From contig NC_057720.1 of NCBI RefSeq assembly GCF_004010195.1, forward strand, positions 19,559,380 to 19,623,379: DNA of 64,000 nucleotides, given 5' to 3'. The notes beneath the pieces are model-generated. The model did no database searches, was not told the DNA's origin, and was given only the letters and a program-made list of their open reading frames with translations. Numbering within the stretch: the stretch's first letter is position 1; the number at the start of each line of letters is the position of its first letter. This stretch comes from Chiloscyllium plagiosum. Taxonomy: Eukaryota. Of this stretch, positions 25,577 to 37,869 are shown one piece after another. The translations under genes and the position numbers were made by a program.

Positions 25577-27437
25577 TGAAACACAAAGCTAGCACAGAGG
25601 TACATCAGGTAATTACGAAGGCTAATAGAATATTGGCTCTTATTTCAAGAGGTTTGGAATACAAGAGAAATTCTTTTTGACATTAACTTTTTCAGAATTT
25701 TTAATCTGCTCCTCAGTCAAGAACCTTGAGCATATTTTGAAGTTCTGTCTGTATCTGTTATATAAGTTTGAAACAAACGAACAATCAAGTCATGTCTTCG
25801 TGGATTTACTGACCCAACAAGAGATGTCTATTTATAATTTCAAACTTGAGTCTTCACCCAATTTAACTGTACAGAACTTTACCAGTGAAGAAATAGGGAA
25901 AAGCAATTTGTTTTAGATTCCACAGGAAGCCTTAGACAAAATAGCAGTGTGTCATGTTGAAATATTTTGCAAAACAACATGAAGAGCGTAAATTTCAGAT
26001 GGCTCAAGTACAGATGATTAAGTATTATTTATCCAATTGTAAAGCCTGCTTGACAATCTCCACATCAAACAACTGAAAACCCCACTTGTTAATCTGTCAA
26101 AGAACACACCCTTCAGATCAGTGTGTGCAACACTGCAGATCAGCAGCAAGCATACAAAGGTTCCTTTTAAAAATGACAGTTTCTGAACATAATACAAAAC
26201 ATAGCATCAGAGGTATTTAGATCACAATTTTAATGTGCAAATCACCTCAAATCCATTACATAGCCAAGTAAACAAAATATAACATTTCATCATAAATTCA
26301 CTATTTCCAGATATGTATAATTTCATTAGAACTACTATACATTCAAGCTTATACAGTACTTCAGCCTAAACATGTTAAGCACAAAGTTGATAGTTTAAAA
26401 AAACCAATAAGTTATGGCCAAACGTGGCTCCAAGTTACAATTTCAATCAACATTTGTGAAGGATAATGCTCCAGAGTGGCATCCCCATGATTTATGGTCA
26501 AGACCTTCTTCAAGAACAGCCAGTAGATGAAGATGTAGGATGAATATTATTTTGTGGTTTAATTAAATGGATTTTTCTTCAAAAGCCCCTGCTCACCAAA
26601 TTCACATACTCTCATGCATACAGAATGACAGTGTATTATAATGTCACCATTCCACCAAAATCAAGTGGACAGCAGCACTGCACTTAACCCAACAAAAAGG
26701 AGCCCTCAGAGAATCCCTTGATGTAACTGTTCTGTCCTACTCTGTGTAGCACTTGATAACTAACTTTGCTCTGTTCTCCACCGCTTCATTATGTTCACCT
26801 CAACAAACCTAGACAGGAAACTCCAAATATCAAATGACTGCTACGTGGCAGGGAATGTTTTGTGATGGCATGTTCCCACGTTCTAAAGCAATATGACGTC
26901 TTAATTTTTAAAATTAAACAAACATTAGTAATGCATTGGCATTTGTTAAATACACAAAGAGTTGACAATTTGCTGAAAACCAACAAGACTGTGCTGTTGT
27001 TATTCTGTGGGCTTATTTCAGCAGGGTCCACTTGCTATTCTCTACATGCCACTGATATTCAACTTCAAACACAAATCTCTTCATGGCTGATCTGGAGTGT
27101 GTGGAAAATGACAGGCTGGTGGGAGGAAGTTGGAAATGTTCACTCCATCACAAATATCAGTAACTGTACATCAAGCCTTTCTTGACACACAGCAGCAAAT
27201 CTTCAAAAAATTATTTTCTTAAAACATTAACTTTAAATTTCATAATGTTAGACAATGTAGCATCAATTCAGTACCTGGGAAAATTATTTCAATGACAACT
27301 ATTTGCAAATGGGAAAGGTTTAGCTGCATAAGTAAAAATGACTTTGGCATTTGCCAAACATATGTAACCTACCAAGGAATGAGCCAGAAGCTTACCCAGA
27401 TAAGTTGTGGACCACAAATGTGCATCTGTTTAAGATT

Positions 27438-27443
27438 TTTATT
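27438..27443 (-). terminator. Candidate proximal GCLM polyadenylation signal AATAAA
   Basis: tttatt on + strand about 375 nt after the stop; distal ATTAAA candidate at 26229-26234. Confidence 0.35.
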
Positions 27444-27816
27444 AGTTGTTAGTGTCTTTTGAACAAGTATGCATATCTTGTTCCCCCAAAAAATGAACTA
27501 AAAGTAATTGCAAATCTTCAATACATACATCTTTAAACCAAAAATACCTAAAGAAAAAAAATTTAACAGAACAGCCAGTTAAATCAACAGGTGTAAATAG
27601 TGCAGTCCGCAAAACACAATCGGATTTTACAATGCAATCTTTTCAAATCAGAAGTTACATCTTTCTTAAATTCATCTTGGACCCAGTAATAAATCAAAAA
27701 AGATCAAAAGGCATTTGGTCAGTAGTGCAGTTTCTAAGATTTCTTCCTTTTGCATATCATACATAAATTCCTTTATAAAAGTGCTATTCCAATCAGCTGG
27801 TCTCTCAAAGATGATC

Positions 27817-27986
27817 CTAATATCGAATTCTTTTCGCGTATACCAGGTAGCCCTTTGATTTAATAATTCCTCTGCTTTTAACAATTACTGAATAGCGCAG
27901 AACCCACTTTGTTATCCATTCATACGCCAGATTGTCTTGAATGCTGGCTATCACAGCTTCTTGGAAACTTAACATGGGTATCAGTT
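27817..27986 (-). CDS. GCLM: GCLM last coding exon
   Basis: Acceptor tttccttAAG; (E)LIPMLSFQEA..WVLRYSVIVKSRGIIKSKGYLVYAKRIRY*; TAG at 27819-27817; total CDS 831 nt. Confidence 0.95.
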
Positions 27987-28646
27987 CTTAAGGAAAAGAG
28001 AAATGGGACATTTACTAAAAATTTTTTTGTAAAACTTAAAAAGCATTGCAAACAACTCAACTTCCAAATAATTAAATCACGACATTTCAAAGTAACGTGG
28101 TGGCTTACATTACTTATGTAGCAATTGCCCTTGAGAAAGTGGTGAGTATTGTGCATAGCAATATTCCATAAATAGGATGCAGTAAATAAATGATGAAGTA
28201 TTTTTTCGTGGTTTTGCTGGGACGTCAGGAAAACTGAATTCTTTCTTTGCAGCATGCATTTTGAAATGCACCTGAATTATTAGAACATGCAATCCAACAC
28301 CATATCTGAAAGGGGATTTTTCCAATATTCTCTGGTGAGAATATTCTCTCACAATTCCTGCTTAAAACATCTTGATGCTAGCTTAGAAAAGATCTGGGTT
28401 CAGCTGTGGTGCTCCTAACACTGAAATGCTCTACCGAGACAGTATGCAGCTCACGTGATTATTTAGTCAAATCTAGAGAATACCAGAAGAAAGATATCCC
28501 TCTAGAATTAACAACCACAGAACAGAACAGGAGAAGCACCAGTGGAGAGAGAAACTATGCAGCAGAACTCCACACTTCAAGGGCAAGCTACAACCAGTCC
28601 CCATTTCTCTCAATTTATTACAAAGATTCTTATACACCCATCTCAC

Positions 28647-28761
28647 CTTTAGGGTCACTGTGAGTCAGTAACTGTATGTCATATTCTTTAGCAAAGGCAG
28701 TAAGCTCTGGTGGCATCACACAACAGGAAGCTAAATTTACCTGGTTGCTGCTAGGTTTTAC
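28647..28761 (-). CDS. GCLM: GCLM exon 6
   Basis: tatag|VKPSSNQVNLASCCVMPPELTAFAKEYDIQLLTHSDPK|gtgaga; 115 nt. Confidence 0.97.
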
Positions 28762-29720
28762 CTATACATGGAGGTAAAAAATGAACATTAGATAAACACA
28801 TTGACAATTTATATTTCAGTGCACTAAACTATTTGCCAATGAATTGCATTGACTATAATTAGTAATCAAAACCAAAATATAATCTAAATATAGCAGTAAA
28901 GATCAGAAAACAGGAGTATGAATACAGCATTTATAAGTAACTGAAGAACAAATGGGTAATATTTTTGTACGATCTCTACTCTCCCCCTTCTGAAGGGTGG
29001 AGCAATTCCAAACCATTTCTTGTTAGGAAGTGTCACTCTCCAGCATGAGCCCAATGAATTAGAAGTTTTTCATTTGGAGGTATCATGGGCAAGTTTGATC
29101 TTATCTATGAACACATCTTCCAGCACAAGGTATTGGATAGCTATCCAGAAGCAGAACGAATCTTGGCCACTTTTCCCTCCTGCTCTATGGTCTCAGGACA
29201 CTGAGGTCAATGGCAGCTCATTCACTGGTATCCCAATTTTTTAAAAAATCAATATGCTCACTCAGATTAAGGGTTAAACCAGGGAGAATTGAGCTAAGCT
29301 GAGATATTTCCAGCAGGGATCACTGGATAGAAAACAAGGATGAGGAAACATGACTAGTTTCCCTAATTCAACACAGTGCATTCACTTTGTACAATTTTAA
29401 TGTCAAGCACAATCATAAAAGCAGGAAGAACACAGCCAGAGGGTTGTTTCTAATAATCAAATCAGTTACAATTAAAAAAACAACCAATCTATATTAGCTT
29501 TCATGCATACAAACATATGAATGAAGAGGCCTTTCAACCCCTCGAGCCTGCTCAATTATTTGACATTGTCATTCACATCTATACCCAGAACCAATATTCA
29601 CTAATTTTTCCTTGTTGTGCATGACCTTGCACAGCGCAGCACATTCCAAATTGCTTATGGCTGCACATCCAATCAGGGTAAAGGAACAGAACTTTATCTG
29701 AGAATATCTCAACCTATTAC

Positions 29721-29923
29721 CTGAGCCCACTGATAGAGTTGCTCTAAAAGTACTTTATCCAAATCAGATGTACCAATTGCTACAATGCTTTGACTTTGAA
29801 CAAGAGTTTCCAGTTCCTCCCAATATGGCTGCAGGTGAGAGAGAGAAAGGCTAGTGCCATCTTCAAGTGGAGGTGGAGCAATAATCACAGAGTCCAGCTG
29901 TGAAACTGCAAGTGCCGAACAAG
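29721..29923 (-). CDS. GCLM: GCLM exon 5
   Basis: (A)CSALAVSQLDSVIIAPPP...WEELE..IVAIGTSDLDKVLLEQLYQWAQ; 203 nt; donor GTAATA. Confidence 0.97.
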
Positions 29924-30905
29924 CTGCATTAAATACAAAATTCAGGTTACTCCTTCGCATAACTTAAATCTTCAATGTTAATTAGTACCTTTTTCTACCA
30001 CTTAAAAGCTGATTACTTAAAAAAATGCAGCGTTTGAGAAACATTTTAATAGAATAAACATTGAGGAAATGTGTTTTATTTATAAATAACTTTAAACTAG
30101 CACTAGTCCCTGGACAGGGAATAAGATCCCAATGTCAAGATGCTGCAAGCTTTGACAATAGTAGAAAATAAAACTACAGGACACTTAACATTTCCCTGTA
30201 TATTTGCAGTTTAGCAGAGCCGAATGAAAATGTAATAATATTAGACACTTTTTACATTTGGGCGGTCTTTTGGAAATGCAATAAAAACTAACTACTATAT
30301 ATATATCTTTACGGCATTAAATATAATATTTTTCAAGAGACTGACCCTGATGTATTTTCTATTGTGCAAACACTATGGTCACTCATTCATTAAAAGTCAC
30401 GTTTACCCTGAATTTTAGGAAAACTAGCGGATTCAAATAGAAGGCATGGGAACTGAGTGGCTGATTGGTAAGCTGGTAAGTGAAATTGTGCATATGAACA
30501 CAAGGCTAATTTAGAATTAACTTCTAAACAAGAAGGGATTGCAAACCACGAGAAACCAAGAAAATCACAGTCAAGCTGTTCACAAAAAAGACAACTATGA
30601 CAAATGAATATTACAGGAACAAATAAACCATTTATAAATACATAGAAATTAATCAGTCCAAGAGCTTGCTAGCCTTGTCCTTGTAATCTGCTAACATAAT
30701 ATATTAGGAATTAACCATGTCTGTTACAATATTACCTATTAGCAGTGTCGCCATCCTAAAAGAGATTGATTCCGTCCTTCAATAAAATTTTTCAAAAGAC
30801 CCTATATATGAGGCAACTCCTCAATTAGACAAATTGTTTACATTTACTCCCAGGCTCAGTATCAAATTGTTATTTATAGAAAATGCACTCAGACTATGTA
30901 GTGAT

Positions 30906-31126
30906 TGTAACAAGATGAGCCAGGTGGCCCTCAGAATATGAATTCCCTGATTGGACCATGTTAACAGCCCCAATTAGGGAGCCCTCACTAACAGATCTAA
31001 ACAGGAGTGTCAGAGGTTCTGTTGACAGAGCTGGTTCTGAGGAAGCCAGACCTGTGTCAAGTACTACGCACAAGTAAATAAAGGGTGATTTGGTGACAGA
31101 ATACCAGCCTCTGTGGAATTATTTCA
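30906..31126 (+). mobile_element. Probable solo LTR of about 220 bp
   Basis: TG..CA ends, CCAAT-like and TATA-like boxes, AATAAA at about 31077; TSD not clean. Confidence 0.5.
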
Positions 31127-31785
31127 GACTATATTAATGACTTAAGGATACCAAAAAACAAATTATTTGGAATGACCTCAGCATCAACACAACCATTTGG
31201 GATTTGAATACTCCTGTGCTAGGTTTAGTGGCTACACTAAACACAAAAACACCTATATTTGCAACTGGTAACAGTACTGAACTAATACAGAATAATATTA
31301 CAGACAAAATGTCAAAGACAAATATTTAAACACTACAATCACCTCATTTTAATAAACGTAAATTAACACAGAACAAATACTACAGGTGCTGGAAATTTGA
31401 AATAAAACTGAAAATGCTGGAAAAACTCAGATCTGCCAACATCTAAGTTTTTGTTTCTGTTGAAAAGTCAGCAACCTGAAATATTATCTAATTGTCTTTC
31501 CAATACCACTGTACCATCAATGCTTACCTTATGTAATCTACCCTGTCAAGTTTCAATAAACAGACAAATTCCCTCAAAAAATTACAGATAGACCATGAGA
31601 AATCAAAATGGGCATGAAAATCCCCACCTTTATTCTATCATCTTCAATTTTGATGTAAAGCAGTCGATTTGTGTTAAACTGCACAGTGTTCAAGGCCAAG
31701 TACAGCATGCAGGTCCAGCACTCAGATGTGTGAGAATCATTGAGCATGAAATTTCATTACCTCATTGCTGGGACAGACTCTGCTA

Positions 31786-32012
31786 GGTAAAAACGAGGAC
31801 TGCAAATGCTGGAAACCCGAGTCTGAATTAGAGTGGTGCTGGAAAAGCACAGCAGGTCAGGCAGCATCCAAGAAGCAGAAAAATCAACGTTGCGGGCAAA
31901 AAGCTCTTCATCAGTGTTCCTGATGAAGGGCTTTTTGCCCGAAACATCGATTTCTCTGCTCCTTGAATGCTGCCTGACCTGCTGTGCTTTCCCAGCACCA
32001 CTCTAATTCAGA
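31786..32012. mobile_element. Family B non-autonomous palindromic element
   Basis: Inverted arms about 31823-31914 and 31920-32012; hammerhead core CTGATGAAGGGC..GCCCGAAAC at 31920-31946. Confidence 0.8.
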
Positions 32013-33169
32013 CACTGCTCGTTGAGGCAATTGGAACTGGCTGCTTTAGTCTTCAAATTTCATTTTTTGTGGGGAGGGGTCCTTGTATTGTTGTATCATC
32101 TATTCAAAAGCAGGTTGTGTTAGATGGTGTACGGTTAGATTCTCTTCTCATTGCTAGTTGAATAACTCCCTTCACTTTGATCTTTGGAAGCTGCAGGAGA
32201 GAGCTACGTGTTAACAAAGCAAGTCTTGAGCTTCTGGGAAGCTATGCAGCAGACATGGTGCAGGTTGTCTTACATGTTACAACACTGGGACACGTTGCCA
32301 GAGATGTTGCTTCAACTATTTCTGAAATACTCATTGCAGTTTCACAGCATTCTTCTGATGCTAGTTGAATCGGTACTCAAAGACAGTTCAGCATGTTAAT
32401 GCTTTCTATGGCCGCAGGAACCTTGTACAAGGTCAAAGAAAACTACTACACGAAGAACGTATGTTAAACTTGCAGATTTGGTGACACACTATTCCAAATA
32501 GAATGACTAACTATTGGCACAACATGACTCTTCATTTCACTTGGGGGTGCAGCATCCCAAAAATAGAATATCTGGTCAATTTCCGCTCGTGGGAGCTTTT
32601 CAATCATAAATTGGCATCACAGTTAGAAAACGGAGAAAAGAGCCCCTGGAAACCATAAAGCTACACTTAAAAATAGACGCATTCAAGTTTAACCATTTTT
32701 CTTTCCCACAAAGAGCATTTTTTAAAAAAAACTCCTGAACTGATGTTAAACCAAAATGGTTATTCAAGAGGTTATATGTTTATTATTTTAAAAGATATTC
32801 CTTCACAGCAATAGATTTAGGCCATGGGGTATATGTCTGTGTCATGTAATCAATTATTCACATTGAAATAGCCATGGCAAGTTTTCATATTACTTTAAAA
32901 GAAGTAAAATTCAATCTGGAGATTGGCCAACAGAACAACGAAAGCTGCTCTCAGCCCACATGCTTATGAGTAATCCCATCTACAGCAAAAAGTTATTGCC
33001 TAAAAGCATAACTAATAGCATCAAGCATGGCATATGGATAAATACTCACTGAATAACATTGCAGCTCATTAGATTATCTCTAAATAACTGAAGATGCATT
33101 TAAAATGAATGCACATATAATAAAGTATGAAGAGCAAACCAAAAACAAAACCTCAGTTTTAGCATTTAC

Positions 33170-33226
33170 CTTTTTTCACAGCATCCTTGATGCCCGAGGA
33201 GTCAGGGTCACTGAGAAAAAGCTTTG
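33170..33226 (-). CDS. GCLM: GCLM exon 4
   Basis: tgcag|(A)KLFLSDPDSSGIKDAVKK|gtaaat; 57 nt, phase 1 to 1. Confidence 0.9.
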
Positions 33227-33850
33227 CTGCATATAGAAAATATTGAGAGAGACTGACTGACGTGAACAGATAAATAAAAAAGTTATTAGAAAACTTAAGT
33301 TTACAAAAGCTTCGGAGGTAACAAATTAAAGTACTAAAAGTACCTCAGCAGCAAAACAGTAAAGAACTTGATTAAAAATATTTTAATTGCAAACAATATT
33401 ATATAGATCACAGCTTCTTTGTCAAGAACCTGAACATGTAATAGTTTTTCATGTTCTACTTTTGCTACAGATGAAACTGTTTGGGGCACCGGAAGTCAGA
33501 ATCTATTAATAATTGCAAATTCGGACAAGCAAACTACATTTTTGCTGTGAAGGTAACGGAGTGCTCAATGTTATTGAAAAGAACAAATAACACAATTATA
33601 CCCTCGGTATTAAAAAAACTCAATGAAATGAAGAACAGAGGTTCAAGGATGTAGGTACTATTGAAAGCTGCAAACCATGAAATGGAAGAGTATTGAATCA
33701 GAGGTATTGCGTGTTAAAGCAATGAAGTGATGATGAATCTGTTGATATATTGATTTGGGCACTTAAGTAATCAGTTCATAGAAACAGATTCACTCGATGA
33801 TCATCAAAATATAGCTTATAAGGACACTTGAAAACCTAGAACTGCATTAT

Positions 33851-34173
33851 TTAGATTAGATTAGATTAGATTAGATTAGAGTGTGGAAACAGGCCCTTCG
33901 GCCCAACAAGTCCACACCGACCCGCTGAAGTGCAACCCACCCATACTCCTACAGTTACCCCTTACCTAACACTACGGGCAATTTAGCATGGCCAATTCAC
34001 CTGACCTGCACATTTTTGGACTGTGGGAGGAAACCAGAGCACCCGGAGGAAACCCACGCAGACACAGGGAGAACGTGCAAACTCCACACAGTCAGTCGCC
34101 TGAGGCGGGAATTGAACCTGGGTCTCAGGCGCTGTGAGGCAGCAGTGCTAACCACTGTGCCACCGTGCCGCCC
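33851..34173 (-). mobile_element. HE1-type tRNA-derived V-SINE, full length
   Basis: A box TGGCACAGTGG, B box GGTTCAATTCC, V-domain TGTGTGGAGTTTGCACGTTCTCC..GGGTTTCCTCCGGGTGCTC, (TCTAA)n tail. Confidence 0.9.
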
Positions 34174-35025
34174 AGTGATGTTGCAAGTGAATCAAAATCA
34201 AGAGTTAAAAAATTATGATAAAGCTTAAGTAAATACTTTGAATAAAAAGTTACTACCTGTCAGCAAATTAGTAATGAGGAATACAAGTTTAGGATTAACA
34301 CTGGAAGGGTAATTAATGTTTCTGCCTCAGCCAGATGTTCCCATTCCACAGCTTGTTAGACACAGAGAATCCAGCGAATGGTGTAGACAAGCCAAAGTGT
34401 ATCTATGCCAGTCCCAACCTGGTTAAATGGAGAGGTTTAGCAAGAGGTTGGGCATTCAGCTGTAAAATCACCCACCAAAGCCAAAAAAAGATGGTTAATA
34501 TGTAGGGTGACCAACTGGCCTTGCAGTGACCACATGAAACATGAGAAAAGGCAAACAGAGAAAGGAAGCACCGAGATCTAGGAGATGTTGTGTATTTCTC
34601 TCAAATTGCACAGATCATATCATTCTATTCAACAACAATATACTCATATTTATGTTCCATGCAAGTCTCATTCCACCAGCTCTGTCAGTACACCCGATTG
34701 TTCCTTTCTCCCTCACGTTACTCTGACTTCCCCTTTAATGAATGAATAGTTTCAGAGTATGAATACATCAGAATTGAAATAAATAGTCATTGTTGAAGTT
34801 GCTCCCTCAGTGATTCCTTGTGTTTATATTATCTAATAAATCTGGCAGGCTCAGCCATACCACTCTTTTATTAAGATGGAACAGTCCAGTGAAAGAAAAT
34901 CAAACTGAGGAGGGAGGAGCAGGTCAGAAATGAGCACATGAGAGAGTGCAACAAGGCAAGATCACGGAGGGAATGAAGTGCAATTAATCGGTCAACGAAA
35001 TGATGCAATCTGACCCCAACCTATC

Positions 35026-35347
35026 ATTAGATTAGATTCCCTACAGCATGGAACAGCTCCTTCAGCCCAACAAGTCCACACCGACCCTCCAAAAAGCAAC
35101 TCACCCAGACCCATTCCCCTACATTTACCCCTGACTAATGTACCTAACACTATGGGCAATTTAGCACGGTCAATTCACCTGACCTGCACATCTTTGGATG
35201 GTTGGAAGAAACCGGAGCACCCGGAGGAAACCTAAGAAGACACGGGGAGAATGTGCAAACTCCACACAGACAGTCACCCAAGGTGGGAATCAAACCCAGG
35301 TCCATGGCACTGAGAGGCAGCAGTGCTAACCACTGAGCCGCCATGCC
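35026..35347 (-). mobile_element. HE1-type V-SINE
   Basis: A/B boxes, V-domain, CR1-like tail. Confidence 0.88.
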
Positions 35348-35871
35348 AGCCAGCTTAATTCCAGTTTAACCATAATATCTTTGGGGCTGTTGTGTGACAT
35401 GCTCTGAAGAGATGGGTTACTGTTTTAATATGCAAATGAGGCTGCAACCTTTTCATCTAAATGGAAGTCAAATCTATTGACTATGGGTTGAATTTCCCAG
35501 GACTTGAGATACCTAAAGGTAGGACGCAGCTGCTAGATCAAATATGTAAAGGCTTTCTCAGCACTGTTCAGAATTCAGCTTGCCTCCCCTTGAGACCCCC
35601 AAACGTTGCACCAGTTCCCAATATTCCCACAATCTCTTTCAGATCAAGCACTGCTCACTGATTTTCATCCTTCTTGATGACTGGGGAAGTTTCAGCAGCT
35701 GCCTTATATTGCAGACTTTACCACCTGGCAGCCTCTTAGATCAAGTTGGCTGTGGGGCAAGAAACAGAATTTTAAAAATTTCAAATGTTGAATTCAGCAG
35801 GATCTTCGCATTCCAAAACACTGACGTGTGCTTCTCAAACCTCCCTTAAATATTGGACTCTGCTTCATTAC

Positions 35872-35956
35872 CTGACACTTTTACTTCCTCTCTTTCCTCC
35901 GGACTTATCGAGTCCACATCCTGAGTTATGGTACATTCTAGAGTAGCAGGTGGTTC
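35872..35956 (-). CDS. GCLM: GCLM exon 3
   Basis: tgcag|EPPATLECTITQDVDSISPEEREEVKVS|gtaatg; 85 nt, phase 1. Confidence 0.95.
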
Positions 35957-37869
35957 CTGCAACAAATCAAAAAGGGAGAGATTGAAGTTGCAATATTGGA
36001 CACACCCAGGAAATAACGTTGCTGCTGATGCAACGATATATCGACTAAAGATGATAAACTGCCCAAAGTCCTTACAATCTTTTCCTGGAACAGGTGAAGG
36101 ACACACATTGCAGCTACTTACACAAGGACATAGATATCTACATAAATATGCACTTTTACATCTCCTACAATGTCAAGGGGAACGATACAGTGCCAGGTAA
36201 TTTAAAAATGAGCCATAGCCTACAGAAGGACCATTCTTTCTCTATGAGAGAGAACTGATTACTTAATTTGAGGGGTACCATTCCGCGTGAAGCATGGAGC
36301 AAAAAAGATATTCCCCCATGAACTATCACAATTGGCATCAGTGTTACTCTGCACCATATTCTTACCATCAAAGCAACTGAGTGGACCCATCTCAGGTTCA
36401 CCGTTCATGCTTGGATCAAAGATGCTGTTTTTTAAATGTAAGCTGACAGGTCATGCAGCATCATGACAGATATTAACTTTTTAGAGTTTTCACTTCAACA
36501 TGGTCCATTTATAGCAAGAAATTCAACTTGATTTAAGCAGTTGCACTCAGCGAGCAATAACCACTAAATTTTACACAAATTGACTTTTTGAAAATGAGCA
36601 GAATCTATACGTACAAACATGAAATGAAATCAGTGCAGCAGTATTTTGCATGCATATATTCAACTGCATGGATATAATCCATCTTAATCAGAGCAGTGGA
36701 ACAAATGCCCATTACAAATTGAAGTTTGTCAGGTTCTGTGATAATCACTCCCATAAATACATGTCCATTTTACATCTGTATGATTTGAATAACATTTTCC
36801 TGGATCTATTTTTTCCACAAAAGAACACTGGAGGGATGAAGGTGATGACTCAAGCTTAACACCGGAAAAGGTGAGCCAGTCCCTGAGTCACATTGAACCA
36901 AAGCTTGAAACAAGTCCTGTTTCAGTAAAAGCTATCTTTGCAGAATGGTACAAAACAAAGAACACAGCACATTTGGCACTATGCCACTGATTCACCACAG
37001 CAAAGGTACACAGCATTGTGCATGTACAATATGCATCACAAATACTCATCAAGGATCCTCCAAAAACAATGTTTACTGACTAGAATAAGAGCAACAGGCA
37101 CATGGGAACAGCACCACTAAAATGATCCCTTCAAGTTACACACCAACCTGAAGTAGAAACTTAGTACTTCCATATTTTGCTTTTTATAAATGTGAAGTAA
37201 AAACAGGAAATGCTATAAATGCTCAGCAAACCTGGTAGCGTCTGTGGAGAGAAAATCAGAGTTAATGTTTCATGTCTGTGATCTTTCATCACATTTCTCT
37301 CTCCACTGTGCTAATAGGCCTTTTTTTTTAAAAAGAATTTTACTCAAGTTTTTTCATTATGATTGGCTTAAAATCCTGGAACATTTTCCCCAACAGTACT
37401 CCGGACAGCTGGAACTCAACTGCACAGACTGCAATGTTTCAAGAATTTGGATAGGACAATTAGGGAATGACAATGAATACTGACCTTGCCAGCAAACAAT
37501 AAAAGAAATTCCTGGAGCAAGTTGTCTTACTGGACATCAATATTCTCCAGTTGTGTCTTACGTATTTCCAACCTAAATCCATTTAAAGTTTAGATAACAG
37601 CTCTGCATGCCACATGAATGAAGTAGCAAGTTACCAATTTTACACAGAACATACCACTTGCATCAGGTTTGACGAGCAAAAATGAAGGGGGAAACAACTT
37701 CAAGACAAAAGTGCTAAACAAAAATCACTGTAGCAATCCACCTATCAACTCTGATTTTAACACAAGACTGTAACTCAGTGAACATTTCTTCAGGCAATTC
37801 ACAAATAAAGATGCTAAAGCATGCAAAGCATCAACAATGGAAAATAATCCACAACCATTGCAACATATT

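Noticed and set aside
34100-34173. tRNA gene (A and B boxes)
   Set aside because: The boxes are the head of a SINE that continues into a V-domain and tail; no full cloverleaf is evident.
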